This document shows positions 8,053 through 17,324 of a stretch of DNA of 64,000 bases, in pieces. The translations under genes and the position numbers were made by a program. Origin of the DNA: Alphaproteobacteria bacterium (GTDB taxonomy: Bacteria > Pseudomonadota > Alphaproteobacteria > UBA7985); the NCBI GenBank assembly GCA_965661545.1, contig CBFIEF010000006.1, forward strand, positions 17,522 to 81,521, in the 5' to 3' direction. A model generated the notes under the pieces. That model saw only the letters and a program-made list of their open reading frames with translations, searched no databases and was not told the origin of the DNA. Numbering within the stretch: the stretch's first letter is position 1; every line of letters starts with the position of its first letter.

Positions 8053-10002
8053 ATGAAGGATGACTCATCACAGACCCCGTCTGACGGGTTGGTCGAAGCG
8101 CCATTACTTAGCGCGCAGGTCGCTGAGAGTTGGGAGCGTTGCCAGTTTGCTGGACTTCGACGGGAAGACCCCCTGCGCTCCGTCATGCTCCATGCCTCAG
8201 AACTGCGCGAGAAGCGGGAGCAGAACAATGCGCTGATCCAGCTCGCGCAAACAGAACTGCAAGAACTGTTCTCGCAAGTCGCCGGTTCGAACTATGTCGT
8301 CGCCTTTGCGGACAATACCGGGACCATCCTCGAAGCCATCCACGACCAAGAATTCTCCTCCAGCAGCGCCAGCCGTATGGTGGTGCCGGGTTCGATTTGG
8401 CAGGAAGATATCCGTGGAACAAACGCGCTGGGTCTGTCGATCGCGACCCGTCGCGCTTCTGTGGTGGATGGCGGTGAACATTACTTGAGTCGTCTCGATC
8501 AAATCTCCTGTTTTGCCTGTCCGGTCCGCAATTCGCGCAACGAAGTGGTGGGGGTTATTGATGCCTCGACCGACGCCCGCTCGCGCCAGCGGCACACGCT
8601 GGCTTTGGTGAAGCTTGCTTCTGTTAATGTCGAAAACCGTCTGTTTCGATCCGAACACGCTGGCGCGTTGGTCCTCGGATTTCACCCCCGAAAAGAATAC
8701 CTCAACACCACCAGCGCTGCTCTGCTGGCGCTGAATGAAGACGGTTTTGTGGTGGGGGCGAATGGCAGCGCGCAAGAGATGCTGCAAGGCTCAGATTTGA
8801 GCCGGCCGATCGCCTTTGAGAATCTTTTCGACGCGCGCTTCTCGACGCTGCTGCAGGAGGTGCTGACCCGAGGCACGGCGATGGTCAAAGACCACATGCG
8901 CTCGACGGTTTACTTCACCATCAAAGAAATCGGTCACTTGATGCGGTACATCAACAAGATCCATTTCTCAGCCCCTGAATCGCGCATTTTTGGCGGTGTA
9001 TCAAAGGCGCCCAGCCAGCCAACACCTCAGCCAAAAGCTGCAACCGACGCGCGCGACCCGCAGATCCTCGCGCAGCTGGATAAGCTGGAAGAGAGCTTGG
9101 CAGATGGTGGTGCCTTGGTGTGTCACGGACCCTATGGTGCCGGAAAATCCGTCATTGCCCGCCAGCTTCTGACGCGGGTGTCGCCCGGCTCACCTGTCCT
9201 CGAGTTGGACTGTGCGCTGATCGATGGGCGGACGTACGAAGGTCTGCTGTTTGGCAACGGGGGCCGTCTCGGGTACTTCGAGCCTGATTTCATGTCGCCG
9301 GTGACGACGACTGATCCCCGCCAAAGCCATGATACGGAGATGTCGCGTGTCTTCTCCGGCAAGATCCAGAAATCGGCCAAGGGCATGCTGTACCTGCGCA
9401 ATGCAGAGAAGATGCCGGAGAGAATGGCGGATGATTTGCTGCGTGTAATCCGTGCAATGGAAACACCCGATCCCGACCACCACAAGTTCCATATTTTGTT
9501 GCCAAACCTTTTGGTCCTTGCCTCGTCCCGTTCGCGTGAAGAGTTTGCAGAATGCGCCTCGCCTGCCCTGCGGGAGTTGCTCGCTGAAATCCCGGACGAA
9601 CTGGCTGTTCCATCGCTGAATGAGCGTATGGACATCGATTACGTGATCCGCAGCACGGCAACCGGGTTGGATGATAGTAAGATTTTGACCGTGGAAACCG
9701 TGCGGTTGCTCTCGCAAACCTACTGGCCTTCGTCGATCCGGTCGATGCGAAAGACGCTGCGCCAGATCTTGCGGGCTAGCACCGATCAGTACGTCAGGCC
9801 CCAGCAGGTCGCGCCTTTCCTCTCCACTGAGGAAGATGAAGTACAGCCTTGCCCGTCGTGCTCGGACGGCGTGATCAAGCGGGACAAGTGCATGACCATC
9901 CGCCGGACGTGGCTGCAGAATGACGGCAACATATCGCTTGTTTCACGGAAGCTGGGGCTATCCCGAACAACCATCTATGCGCATCTGCCGACAAGCGACT
10001 AA
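8053..10002 (+). CDS. AcoR-like GAF / AAA+-like / Fis-HTH transcriptional regulator with degenerate sigma54-interaction domain
   Basis: ESWERC, GSIWQEDIRGTNALG GAF motif, Walker A GPYGAGKS, C-terminal GNISLVSRKLGLSRTTIY HTH; start uncertain (8041/8047/8053). Confidence 0.85.
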   Translation: MKDDSSQTPSDGLVEAPLLSAQVAESWERCQFAGLRREDPLRSVMLHASELREKREQNNALIQLAQTELQELFSQVAGSNYVVAFADNTGTILEAIHDQEFSSSSASRMVVPGSIWQEDIRGTNALGLSIATRRASVVDGGEHYLSRLDQISCFACPVRNSRNEVVGVIDASTDARSRQRHTLALVKLASVNVENRLFRSEHAGALVLGFHPRKEYLNTTSAALLALNEDGFVVGANGSAQEMLQGSDLSRPIAFENLFDARFSTLLQEVLTRGTAMVKDHMRSTVYFTIKEIGHLMRYINKIHFSAPESRIFGGVSKAPSQPTPQPKAATDARDPQILAQLDKLEESLADGGALVCHGPYGAGKSVIARQLLTRVSPGSPVLELDCALIDGRTYEGLLFGNGGRLGYFEPDFMSPVTTTDPRQSHDTEMSRVFSGKIQKSAKGMLYLRNAEKMPERMADDLLRVIRAMETPDPDHHKFHILLPNLLVLASSRSREEFAECASPALRELLAEIPDELAVPSLNERMDIDYVIRSTATGLDDSKILTVETVRLLSQTYWPSSIRSMRKTLRQILRASTDQYVRPQQVAPFLSTEEDEVQPCPSCSDGVIKRDKCMTIRRTWLQNDGNISLVSRKLGLSRTTIYAHLPTSD

Positions 10003-10037
10003 GCTTCGAGGGGACGCACGCGGGATTTTGGTAATGA

Positions 10038-10111
10038 TGGACCATACAGGATTCGAACCTGTGGCCTTCCGATTAGGAATCGGACGCTCTATCCGACTGA
10101 GCTAATGGTCC
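10038..10111 (-). tRNA. tRNA-Arg(CCT)
   Basis: GGACCAT acceptor stem, TAGCTCAGTCGGATAGAGC D arm, TCCGA-TT-CCT-AA-TCGGA anticodon arm, GGTTCGAATCC T arm; CCA not encoded (TCA follows). Confidence 0.95.
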
Positions 10112-10158
10112 ATCGCGGGGGCATAATAGGGTTTAATCCGGATGCGTCTAGGGCCGGA

Positions 10159-11109
10159 TTACCAGGCCTTTGCGTCTTCCACCGCTTGTGTAAGCGCCTC
10201 GGCGATGGTTGGTTCGCCGGCGGAATGCCCTGCTTGCTGAATGACGCGCAAATCCAACGTTGGCCACAGCTCTTTGAGGGCAAAAGCGCCTTCGAGTGGG
10301 CAGATCATATCAAACCGACCGTGCACCAGAATCCCTGGCACGGACGGTGCGGACGTGAGCGCGGAGAGTGCGCCAGCGTGGATGTCGTCGAAGAAGCAAT
10401 GGTGCGCGAGATAGTGCGCTTCGAGCCGTGCCATGCGCCATGCTCCTTCGGAGCGGCCAAAACCTCGGCTTCCAGCCAGAGAAGAACAAGCCGCCTCATA
10501 GTTCGCCCACGCTTCGCCCGCCGCCAGACGAACAGTGGTATTTCGGCTGCCAAGCTGTTGCAGATAGCCCTCGAGTGGCTGGTCCCGCAAATCTTCAGGC
10601 AGGGCGTTGAGCCATGCTTGGTGGGCGTCGGGGTAGAATTGCCTGAGGCCATCGAGGAACCAAGCGCGATCCCCCTCTCGGCCCAAAAACAGGCCGCGCA
10701 AGATCATGCCCTGAACCCGGCTTGGGTGCGTACCAAGGTAAGCCAGCGCCAACGTCGCGCCCCATGAACCGCCAAAGACCAGCCAATCAGAGAGGCCGAG
10801 GGCCTCTCGCAGCGTCTCGATATCAGCCACCAGATGCGGCGTTGTGTTGGCGTATAGCCCGCCGGAGGGAGTCGATTTTCCTGCGCCGCGCTGGTCAAAC
10901 TGGATGATGCGATAGTGATCGAGATCGAAAAAGCGCCGGGTCCACGCGTTTGAACCCGCGCCCGGTCCGCCGTGCAAGCAGACTACGGGCACGCCGTCGG
11001 GGTTCCCGGCTTGCTCGTAGTAAAGCGTATGGCCATCTGAAACGGCCAAATAGCCGCTATCATAGGATTGATAGCGGGGATGTTGCTGAGAGTGTTCGAC
11101 CTTATCCAT
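10159..11109 (-). CDS. pip: Proline iminopeptidase
   Basis: LHGGPG, FDQRGAGKS, GGSWG nucleophile elbow, GRFDMIC, AGHS. Confidence 0.92.
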   Translation of the reverse strand: MDKVEHSQQHPRYQSYDSGYLAVSDGHTLYYEQAGNPDGVPVVCLHGGPGAGSNAWTRRFFDLDHYRIIQFDQRGAGKSTPSGGLYANTTPHLVADIETLREALGLSDWLVFGGSWGATLALAYLGTHPSRVQGMILRGLFLGREGDRAWFLDGLRQFYPDAHQAWLNALPEDLRDQPLEGYLQQLGSRNTTVRLAAGEAWANYEAACSSLAGSRGFGRSEGAWRMARLEAHYLAHHCFFDDIHAGALSALTSAPSVPGILVHGRFDMICPLEGAFALKELWPTLDLRVIQQAGHSAGEPTIAEALTQAVEDAKAW

Positions 11110-11160
11110 GCTTCACCCTATATCAGAGCTAACGCTTCACTTCACGAAATGAGATACGCC

Positions 11161-12516
11161 ATGAGCACTGCAAACACGGCTGACGACCTGCAACTGGAAA
11201 ACCGTGTTGCGACCTTGTTGGACCTTGCAAAGAAAGTTGGGGCCGATGCAGCGGACGCGACCGTCTTTGGCAGCGATCAGATTTCTGTGGGCCGTCGCTT
11301 GGGACAGGTTGAGACGCTGGAACGGGCGGACAGTGCCGGTGTTGATTTACGCGTGTTCGTCAACGGACAGATTGCACAAGTCAGCGGCAGCGACTTGACC
11401 GATGGCGGTTTGGAGCGGTTGGCAGAACGGGCTGTGGGCATGGCAAAATATAGCCCCGCCGACCCGTTTGCTCAGCTTGCAGACCCGGATCAGCTGGCGA
11501 CGGATCTTCCAGTGCTTGAGACTTGCGATCCTGTGGAACCCAGTACCGAGGACATGCTGAACCGAGCAGCAGAGGCTGAGGAAGCCATGCTCGGGGTTGA
11601 GGGGATTACGAACTCTGGGGGTGCTTCAGCAGGTTGGACGAAATCTTCGCTGGTGATTGCCACGACCAACGGTTTTTTGGGCAGTGTTCAGTCAACGCGC
11701 CAAGGTCTGTCGGTAAGTGGCATCGCAGGCGAGGGCGAAGCGCAGAAGCGGGATTACGACTACTCGCTCGCAGTGTTCGGTGAAGACCTGAAAGACGCGC
11801 GTGAAATTGGCCTTGAAGCAGGCCGTCGCTCCGTCCGGCAGCTTGGCGCGAAGCAGGGGGCTACGGCGCAGGTTCCAGTAATTTTTGAGCCTCGCGTCGC
11901 GGTGCGCATGTTTGCGCTGCTGATGGGGGCGATCAATGGGGAGTCCGTGGTGCGCGGCACGTCTCTGCTGGCGGATCATGTCGGTAAGCCTGTGATTGCA
12001 CCGGGGCTTTCCGTGTTTGAGGATCCGTTCAGAGAGCGCGGTCAGGGCTCGCGACCTTTTGACGGTGAAGGATTGCCCGTGCGCCAAAATACGTTGTTTG
12101 ATCAGGGTATTCTCACCACACATCTGCATAACCTCGCAACGGCTAAGCAGGCTGGCGTTGAGCCAACGGGCCATGCAAGCCGAGGCGGCGCTTCGGTCGG
12201 GATCGGTTACGCCAACGCGTGGTTGTCGCCGTCGGAGCTTTCTGTTGAGGACATGCTGAAAGACGCGGGTGTGGCATTCTACGTCACCTCCCTGATGGGG
12301 CAGGGCGCGAATATGATTACGGGTGACTACAGCCAAGGCGCCACCGGTTTTTGGGTGCGCAATGGCGAGTTGGCGGAGCCGGTTGAAAGCATGACGTTGG
12401 GCGGTAAGCTGCAAGATATGTGGATGGCCATGTCCACTGCCAGCGACTTGACGTGGTTTGGCGGTATGGGGGCGCCCACGTTGCAGATGACCGGCTTGAC
12501 GATCGCCGGAACCTGA
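11161..12516 (+). CDS. pmbA: TldD/PmbA family protein, PmbA (TldE) type
   Basis: PFDGEG, TGHASRG, ITGDYSQGATG, C-terminal TIAG; no HEXXXH. Confidence 0.88.
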   Translation: MSTANTADDLQLENRVATLLDLAKKVGADAADATVFGSDQISVGRRLGQVETLERADSAGVDLRVFVNGQIAQVSGSDLTDGGLERLAERAVGMAKYSPADPFAQLADPDQLATDLPVLETCDPVEPSTEDMLNRAAEAEEAMLGVEGITNSGGASAGWTKSSLVIATTNGFLGSVQSTRQGLSVSGIAGEGEAQKRDYDYSLAVFGEDLKDAREIGLEAGRRSVRQLGAKQGATAQVPVIFEPRVAVRMFALLMGAINGESVVRGTSLLADHVGKPVIAPGLSVFEDPFRERGQGSRPFDGEGLPVRQNTLFDQGILTTHLHNLATAKQAGVEPTGHASRGGASVGIGYANAWLSPSELSVEDMLKDAGVAFYVTSLMGQGANMITGDYSQGATGFWVRNGELAEPVESMTLGGKLQDMWMAMSTASDLTWFGGMGAPTLQMTGLTIAGT

Positions 12517-12532
12517 TTTAGCGGTCAGGCAG

Positions 12533-13660
12533 ATGGTCCTGTTGCTGCTCTATCGCTTCGTAACATTTCTCGCTGCACCCTTTGTTGCGCTGGCGCTACT
12601 GCTGCGCGGTGATGGTTTTAGAACAGTGGGGCATCGCTTGGGCTTTGTGCCGAGTAAAGCGCGCGCAACGCTGTGGTTTCACGCAGCTTCCGTCGGTGAA
12701 TTTCGCGCGCTACAGCCTTTGATCGAAATGGACTGGGACCGCGATGTTGTCGTGACACTTCAGAGCCGCCAAGGCCTGGCTGTGGCGCGGCAAGACTTGG
12801 CCCCTCATTTCGCAGTTTTACCCGCCCCGCTGGACGCGCCCTTTACCACTTCAGCTTTCGTCCATCGAATGAAGCCGGCGGCTTTGGTTCTGGTCGAAAG
12901 CGAGCTTTGGCCGGGTTGGATGGCGACGCTCAACAGTCGGCGTATACCCGCTGTATTACTGGATGGCGCTGTGTCGGAAACCAGCGCTCGGCGTTGGGGA
13001 CAGTTGACCGGCTTGGCGCATCCGATTGGCGATGCTTTGGCCCAAGTCACGACGAGCAGTCAGGCTAAGAAACGGGCGCTCGACGCCGTGGGTTTCGGGC
13101 CTGCAACTCTTGCTCTACCCCTCAAGCTCGCTGGCGAAGCTTTGCCAGTCGATGCTTCTTTGCATCGGCAATGGGTCGAGTGGCGCGGAACCGCGCCGCT
13201 CGTCATTTTGGCGAATGCCCACCGGTCGGAGATTGATGCGCTGAAAGCGCTGATTGGTGACGTGGATCCAGCGGCGAAGTTCATCATTGCCCCGCGTCAT
13301 CCGGATCAAATCAACGCCTTTCAAAGAGCCTTTGGCGCGGCGGATGAGCAGCTGGCCTATTGGACCAGCTTCGGCACTTTGGGCTCGCTCTATGCCTTAG
13401 GCGGAACCGTGGTGATGGGGGGAGGGTTTGATGACGAAATCGGGTCTCACAATCCCCTTGAGGCGCTGCGAGCGGGGTGCGCCGTGGTTCGAGGGCCCCA
13501 CGCGGGAAAGCAGGCGGACGTCATCACTTTGCTGGAACAGCACGGGATGATTACGGTAGCTCCGGGTTGGCCCAAGACAACTGCGGATATCGAGGAATTG
13601 GATCAGCTTGCACGCACTGCATTGCAACAGGCGCGCTGGGCCATCGAAACCGTGCTTTAG
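12533..13660 (+). CDS. waaA: 3-deoxy-D-manno-octulosonic acid (Kdo) transferase, short and divergent
   Basis: WFHAASVGE, PLD, ESELWP, IAPRHP, HNPLE motifs. Confidence 0.82.
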   Translation: MVLLLLYRFVTFLAAPFVALALLLRGDGFRTVGHRLGFVPSKARATLWFHAASVGEFRALQPLIEMDWDRDVVVTLQSRQGLAVARQDLAPHFAVLPAPLDAPFTTSAFVHRMKPAALVLVESELWPGWMATLNSRRIPAVLLDGAVSETSARRWGQLTGLAHPIGDALAQVTTSSQAKKRALDAVGFGPATLALPLKLAGEALPVDASLHRQWVEWRGTAPLVILANAHRSEIDALKALIGDVDPAAKFIIAPRHPDQINAFQRAFGAADEQLAYWTSFGTLGSLYALGGTVVMGGGFDDEIGSHNPLEALRAGCAVVRGPHAGKQADVITLLEQHGMITVAPGWPKTTADIEELDQLARTALQQARWAIETVL

Positions 13661-15186
13661 AGCAGAGAGCCTTGGTCGTCCGCCGGAGGGCTCGGCTTTT
13701 TTGGGCGAGAGGCGGGCTTTACGGGCGGCTTGGGAGTTCCCTCCGGAGCCGCAACCACGTCCACGGCACCATCGATAAAGTGCAGCTTCAGCCCCATCCC
13801 GTCTTCGACTGCGCCGGCGCGCGGAACCACTTCACCATCGGCAGTACTGACCCAAACATAGCCTTGCTCCAGCAATCGATCCCGGCTTTTGGCAAATGAA
13901 TCCAGCAGGCGCTGAGCGTTATCGAGGGTTTGCTTATACTGTGTCAGGCTTCGTGTGCTCGCCTGCAGCAGGCGATCGGCGAAGCGCTGGGCTTGCACAT
14001 TTTGGCCAAGCGTTTGCAGCCGCTGCCGAGAGGCCCCGCGGAGGCGATCTCCCAAGCTGCTGGTCTGCTCCGCCATGCGGTGCAGTTTTTCGCGCGGATG
14101 TCTGACTTTGGCCGACAGAGTATCCAACCGGCTCTTTTGCGCCCGAATGGCCGTTTCCAACGCTCGATCCAGCCGCTGGTCGAGCACGTCCAATGATTGC
14201 AGACGCTGATGTAGCAGCCGGTTTGGATCACCTAAGCCACGCGCCAGACCGGAAAGGTCGGATTGCGCCAGCGTGACGCGGCGCTGTAGCCCACGACCCA
14301 AACGCGAGCCAAATTCTTCGATACCGAGCAAAAGGTCTGCGCGCACCGGGACGGCCATCTCGGCCGCACCTGTTGGCGTTGGAGCACGACGGTCGGCGAC
14401 AAAGTCGATCAAGGTCGTGTCGGTTTCGTGGCCCACAGCGGAAATGACCGGAATGGTGCTTTCGGCTACAGCGCGCACGACGGCTTCTTCGTTGAAGCCC
14501 CAAAGATCTTCGAGTGATCCACCACCGCGACCGACAATCAGGACATCGGGACGCGGAACGGAGCCCTCGGCTGGCAACGCGTTAAAGCCGCGCACCGCTT
14601 TGGCAATATCGGGGGCGGCTTTTTCGCCCTGAACCGCCACGGGCCACAGAATGACGTGGCGCGGAAAACGGTCGCTGACGCGGTGCAGTATATCGCGAAT
14701 GACGGCCCCGGTCGGGGAAGTCACAACGCCAATAACCCGAGGTAAGAACGGAATGGGCAGCTTGCGGTCGTTGTCAAACAGCCCTTCTTCCATCAGCCGT
14801 TTGCGACGGTCTTCGAGCAGCTTCAGCAGTGCGCCTTCGCCCGCCAGCTCCATCGATTCAATAACGACTTGATACTTTGATCCGCCGGGGAAGGTGGTCA
14901 GCTTGCCGGTGACGATGACTTCCATGCCTTCTTCGGCACGGATTGACAGCTTAGAAACCGCGCCGCGCCAACAGACGGCATCAATCACCGCTTTTTCGTC
15001 CTTGAGCGTCAAATAGAGATGCCCGGAGCGGTGATAATTAGGCCGCGAGATTTCCCCGCGAATGCGCACGCGGTCAAAGGTCGTCTCAACCGTCCGCTTC
15101 ACCGCTTGCGCGATTTCCGTAACGCTGAATTCGGGAGCGTTGGAGGCTTGGGGGGCCTCTTTGTCATCGAAGTCGAAAATGTCCAT
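13657..15186 (-). CDS. xseA: Exodeoxyribonuclease VII large subunit
   Basis: SGHLYLTLKD, VVTSPTGAVIRDI, GRGGGSLEDLWGFNEE, SAVGHETD, APTPTGAAE. Confidence 0.96.
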   Translation of the reverse strand: MDIFDFDDKEAPQASNAPEFSVTEIAQAVKRTVETTFDRVRIRGEISRPNYHRSGHLYLTLKDEKAVIDAVCWRGAVSKLSIRAEEGMEVIVTGKLTTFPGGSKYQVVIESMELAGEGALLKLLEDRRKRLMEEGLFDNDRKLPIPFLPRVIGVVTSPTGAVIRDILHRVSDRFPRHVILWPVAVQGEKAAPDIAKAVRGFNALPAEGSVPRPDVLIVGRGGGSLEDLWGFNEEAVVRAVAESTIPVISAVGHETDTTLIDFVADRRAPTPTGAAEMAVPVRADLLLGIEEFGSRLGRGLQRRVTLAQSDLSGLARGLGDPNRLLHQRLQSLDVLDQRLDRALETAIRAQKSRLDTLSAKVRHPREKLHRMAEQTSSLGDRLRGASRQRLQTLGQNVQAQRFADRLLQASTRSLTQYKQTLDNAQRLLDSFAKSRDRLLEQGYVWVSTADGEVVPRAGAVEDGMGLKLHFIDGAVDVVAAPEGTPKPPVKPASRPKKPSPPADDQGSLL

Positions 15187-15203
15187 AATGTTGGCTTAGC
15201 AGG

Positions 15204-15647
15204 TCAGCGACGCTGGGCAAAGAACCGCTTGAGGACTTCTCCACAGCGGCTTTCCTCAACACCAGCGATGACTTCCGGCGCGTGGTGGCAGGTTGGTTGC
15301 GAGAACACGCGCGGACCATGGTCTACGCCGCCAGATTTTGGGTCTGGCGCGCCGTAGTACAGCCGACGAAGCCGGGCCAGAGAAATGGCACCGGCACACA
15401 TGGGGCAGGGCTCTAAGGTAACGTACAAATCGCAGTCATGGAGCCACTTTGAACCAGTTTTCGCCGTTGCTTCACGGATGGCGAGCAATTCGGCGTGCGC
15501 GGAGGGGTCTTGGTCGCCCTCGACTCGATTGCGTGCGGTGGCAATGATTATCCCGTCGCGCACAATCACGGCCCCCACCGGGACTTCCCCCGCCTGTTCT
15601 GCCTCTCGCGCGGCGGCAAGGGCGTCTTCGATAAAGGCAAGGGTCAT
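15204..15647 (-). CDS. tadA: tRNA adenosine deaminase
   Basis: GEVPVGAV, AHAE, TLEPCPMC Zn motif. Confidence 0.9.
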   Translation of the reverse strand: MTLAFIEDALAAAREAEQAGEVPVGAVIVRDGIIIATARNRVEGDQDPSAHAELLAIREATAKTGSKWLHDCDLYVTLEPCPMCAGAISLARLRRLYYGAPDPKSGGVDHGPRVFSQPTCHHAPEVIAGVEESRCGEVLKRFFAQRR

Positions 15648-15655
15648 GGCGGCGA

Positions 15656-17080
15656 CTAGACCTGTGTGCCGCCAACAGTAATAGCGTCGATCTTACAAGT
15701 CGGCTGTCCGACCGTCACCGGCAGGCTTTGGCCGGCCTTGCCACACATGCCTACGCCTTTTTTGATGGCCATGTCGTTGCCGACCATGGAGACGCGGCGC
15801 ATGACCTCAGGGCCATTGCCGATGAGTGTTACACCCTTGATCGGTTCCGCGATCTTGCCGTTCCGAATGCGGTAAGCCTCCGTAATTTTGAACGTGAATT
15901 GGCCGTTGGTGATGTCCACTTGGCCACCACCAAAATCGACGGCGTAAATACCGTCTTTGACCGACGCAATGATTTCAGCCGGATCGTCGTTTCCAGCCGC
16001 CATAAAGGTGTTGGTCATCCGTGGCATGGGTGCGTGTGAATAGGATTCACGCCGCCCATTGCCCGTCGCCGCAACGCCCATGAGGCGGGAGTTCATGCGA
16101 TCCTGCATGTAACCGACCAGCCTGCCGTTCTCGATCAGCACGTTCCGCTGCGTCGGCGTGCCTTCGTCGTCGATGGCGAGCGAGCCTCGGTGATCGGTCA
16201 GCGTACCATCGTCGATGATGGTCACGCCGGGGGCAGCGACCATCTCACCCATCATGCCCGCGTAGAGCGAGGTTTGTTTGCGGTTGAAATCGCCTTCTAG
16301 GCCGTGGCCCACCGCCTCGTGCAGCAGCACGCCGGGCCAGCCGGGACCGCACACAACAGTCATTTCGCCCGCAGGCGCATCGACGGCTTCGAGGTTCACT
16401 TCGGCTTGGCGAATGGCTTGCTGGATTGCTTCTTCCCACGCCAACTCGCCGATATGGGGATCGAGCGCTGTGCGGCCACCGAGCGCAAAGCCGCCCGCTT
16501 CGCGCTTTTCACCGTCCTGGAGCATCACCGAAACGCGCATGGACGACATGGGCCGGGAGTCGCTGACGCGAAAACCGCCCGGGCGCAGGATGGTGACATC
16601 CTTGTGTGCGGTGGAAAGTGCCACGGTTACCTGACGCACGCGAGGGTCCGCCGCGCGTGCGGCGGCGTCGATGGTCTGTGCTAGGGAGACCTGGCGTTCG
16701 AACGATGGCCCAGACTCGATCACGTCTTCGTCGGTGTAGGGGCGCTGGTTGGTGCCAGATGGATCCACGGCGAAACTACCGCCGCCAGATTTGGCTGCAG
16801 CAGCAGCGGTCTGCCCGGCACGGACAAGCGAATCTTCAGTCAGGCGATCCGAATGCGCGTAGCCCGTTAGCTCGCCCGCCACGGCGCGCAAGCCAAAGCC
16901 GCGATCCTCGTCATAGGACGCGCGCTTGAGCCGTCCATCGTCGAAAACCAGCGTTTGAGCCTTGGAGTGTTCAAGGTACAGCTCGCCATCATCAGCACCG
17001 GAAAGCGCCGACTCCGTTTTTGTCAAAGCAACATCGGGGTCGAGGTCGAGGTCAGGAAGCAGCGGCAGGCCCATATTCAA
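15656..17080 (-). CDS. tldD: Metalloprotease TldD
   Basis: GWPGVLLHEAVGHGLEGDFNRK, DDEG, TGNGRRES, PMPRMTNT, CGKAGQ. Confidence 0.96.
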   Translation of the reverse strand: MNMGLPLLPDLDLDPDVALTKTESALSGADDGELYLEHSKAQTLVFDDGRLKRASYDEDRGFGLRAVAGELTGYAHSDRLTEDSLVRAGQTAAAAAKSGGGSFAVDPSGTNQRPYTDEDVIESGPSFERQVSLAQTIDAAARAADPRVRQVTVALSTAHKDVTILRPGGFRVSDSRPMSSMRVSVMLQDGEKREAGGFALGGRTALDPHIGELAWEEAIQQAIRQAEVNLEAVDAPAGEMTVVCGPGWPGVLLHEAVGHGLEGDFNRKQTSLYAGMMGEMVAAPGVTIIDDGTLTDHRGSLAIDDEGTPTQRNVLIENGRLVGYMQDRMNSRLMGVAATGNGRRESYSHAPMPRMTNTFMAAGNDDPAEIIASVKDGIYAVDFGGGQVDITNGQFTFKITEAYRIRNGKIAEPIKGVTLIGNGPEVMRRVSMVGNDMAIKKGVGMCGKAGQSLPVTVGQPTCKIDAITVGGTQV

Positions 17081-17324
17081 TCATCCTAAGCAAAGGTGCG
17101 TTGCAGAGTCAGGTAGGCTCTGCGGTCAGCATTGCCAAGTGTAACGTTTTCTAAAGCCACGAATAGCAGATTTCCCGCGTCAATACGCCCTGCGGCTCAC
17201 CTATGACTTTGCTTGTGAAAGTATGTCGTCTAAGAACATCTCGAAGCAGGCGGAAGACGGCATGGTTTCTCCCATCCGACCCCGCCAATTCGCTTAACAT
17301 TTTAACGGCAAGTAGACAGGTCCC

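Noticed and set aside
17294-17306. CtrA-like TTAAC pair upstream of coxB
   Set aside because: Spacing is TTAA-N4-TTAAC, not N7; no FNR box seen either
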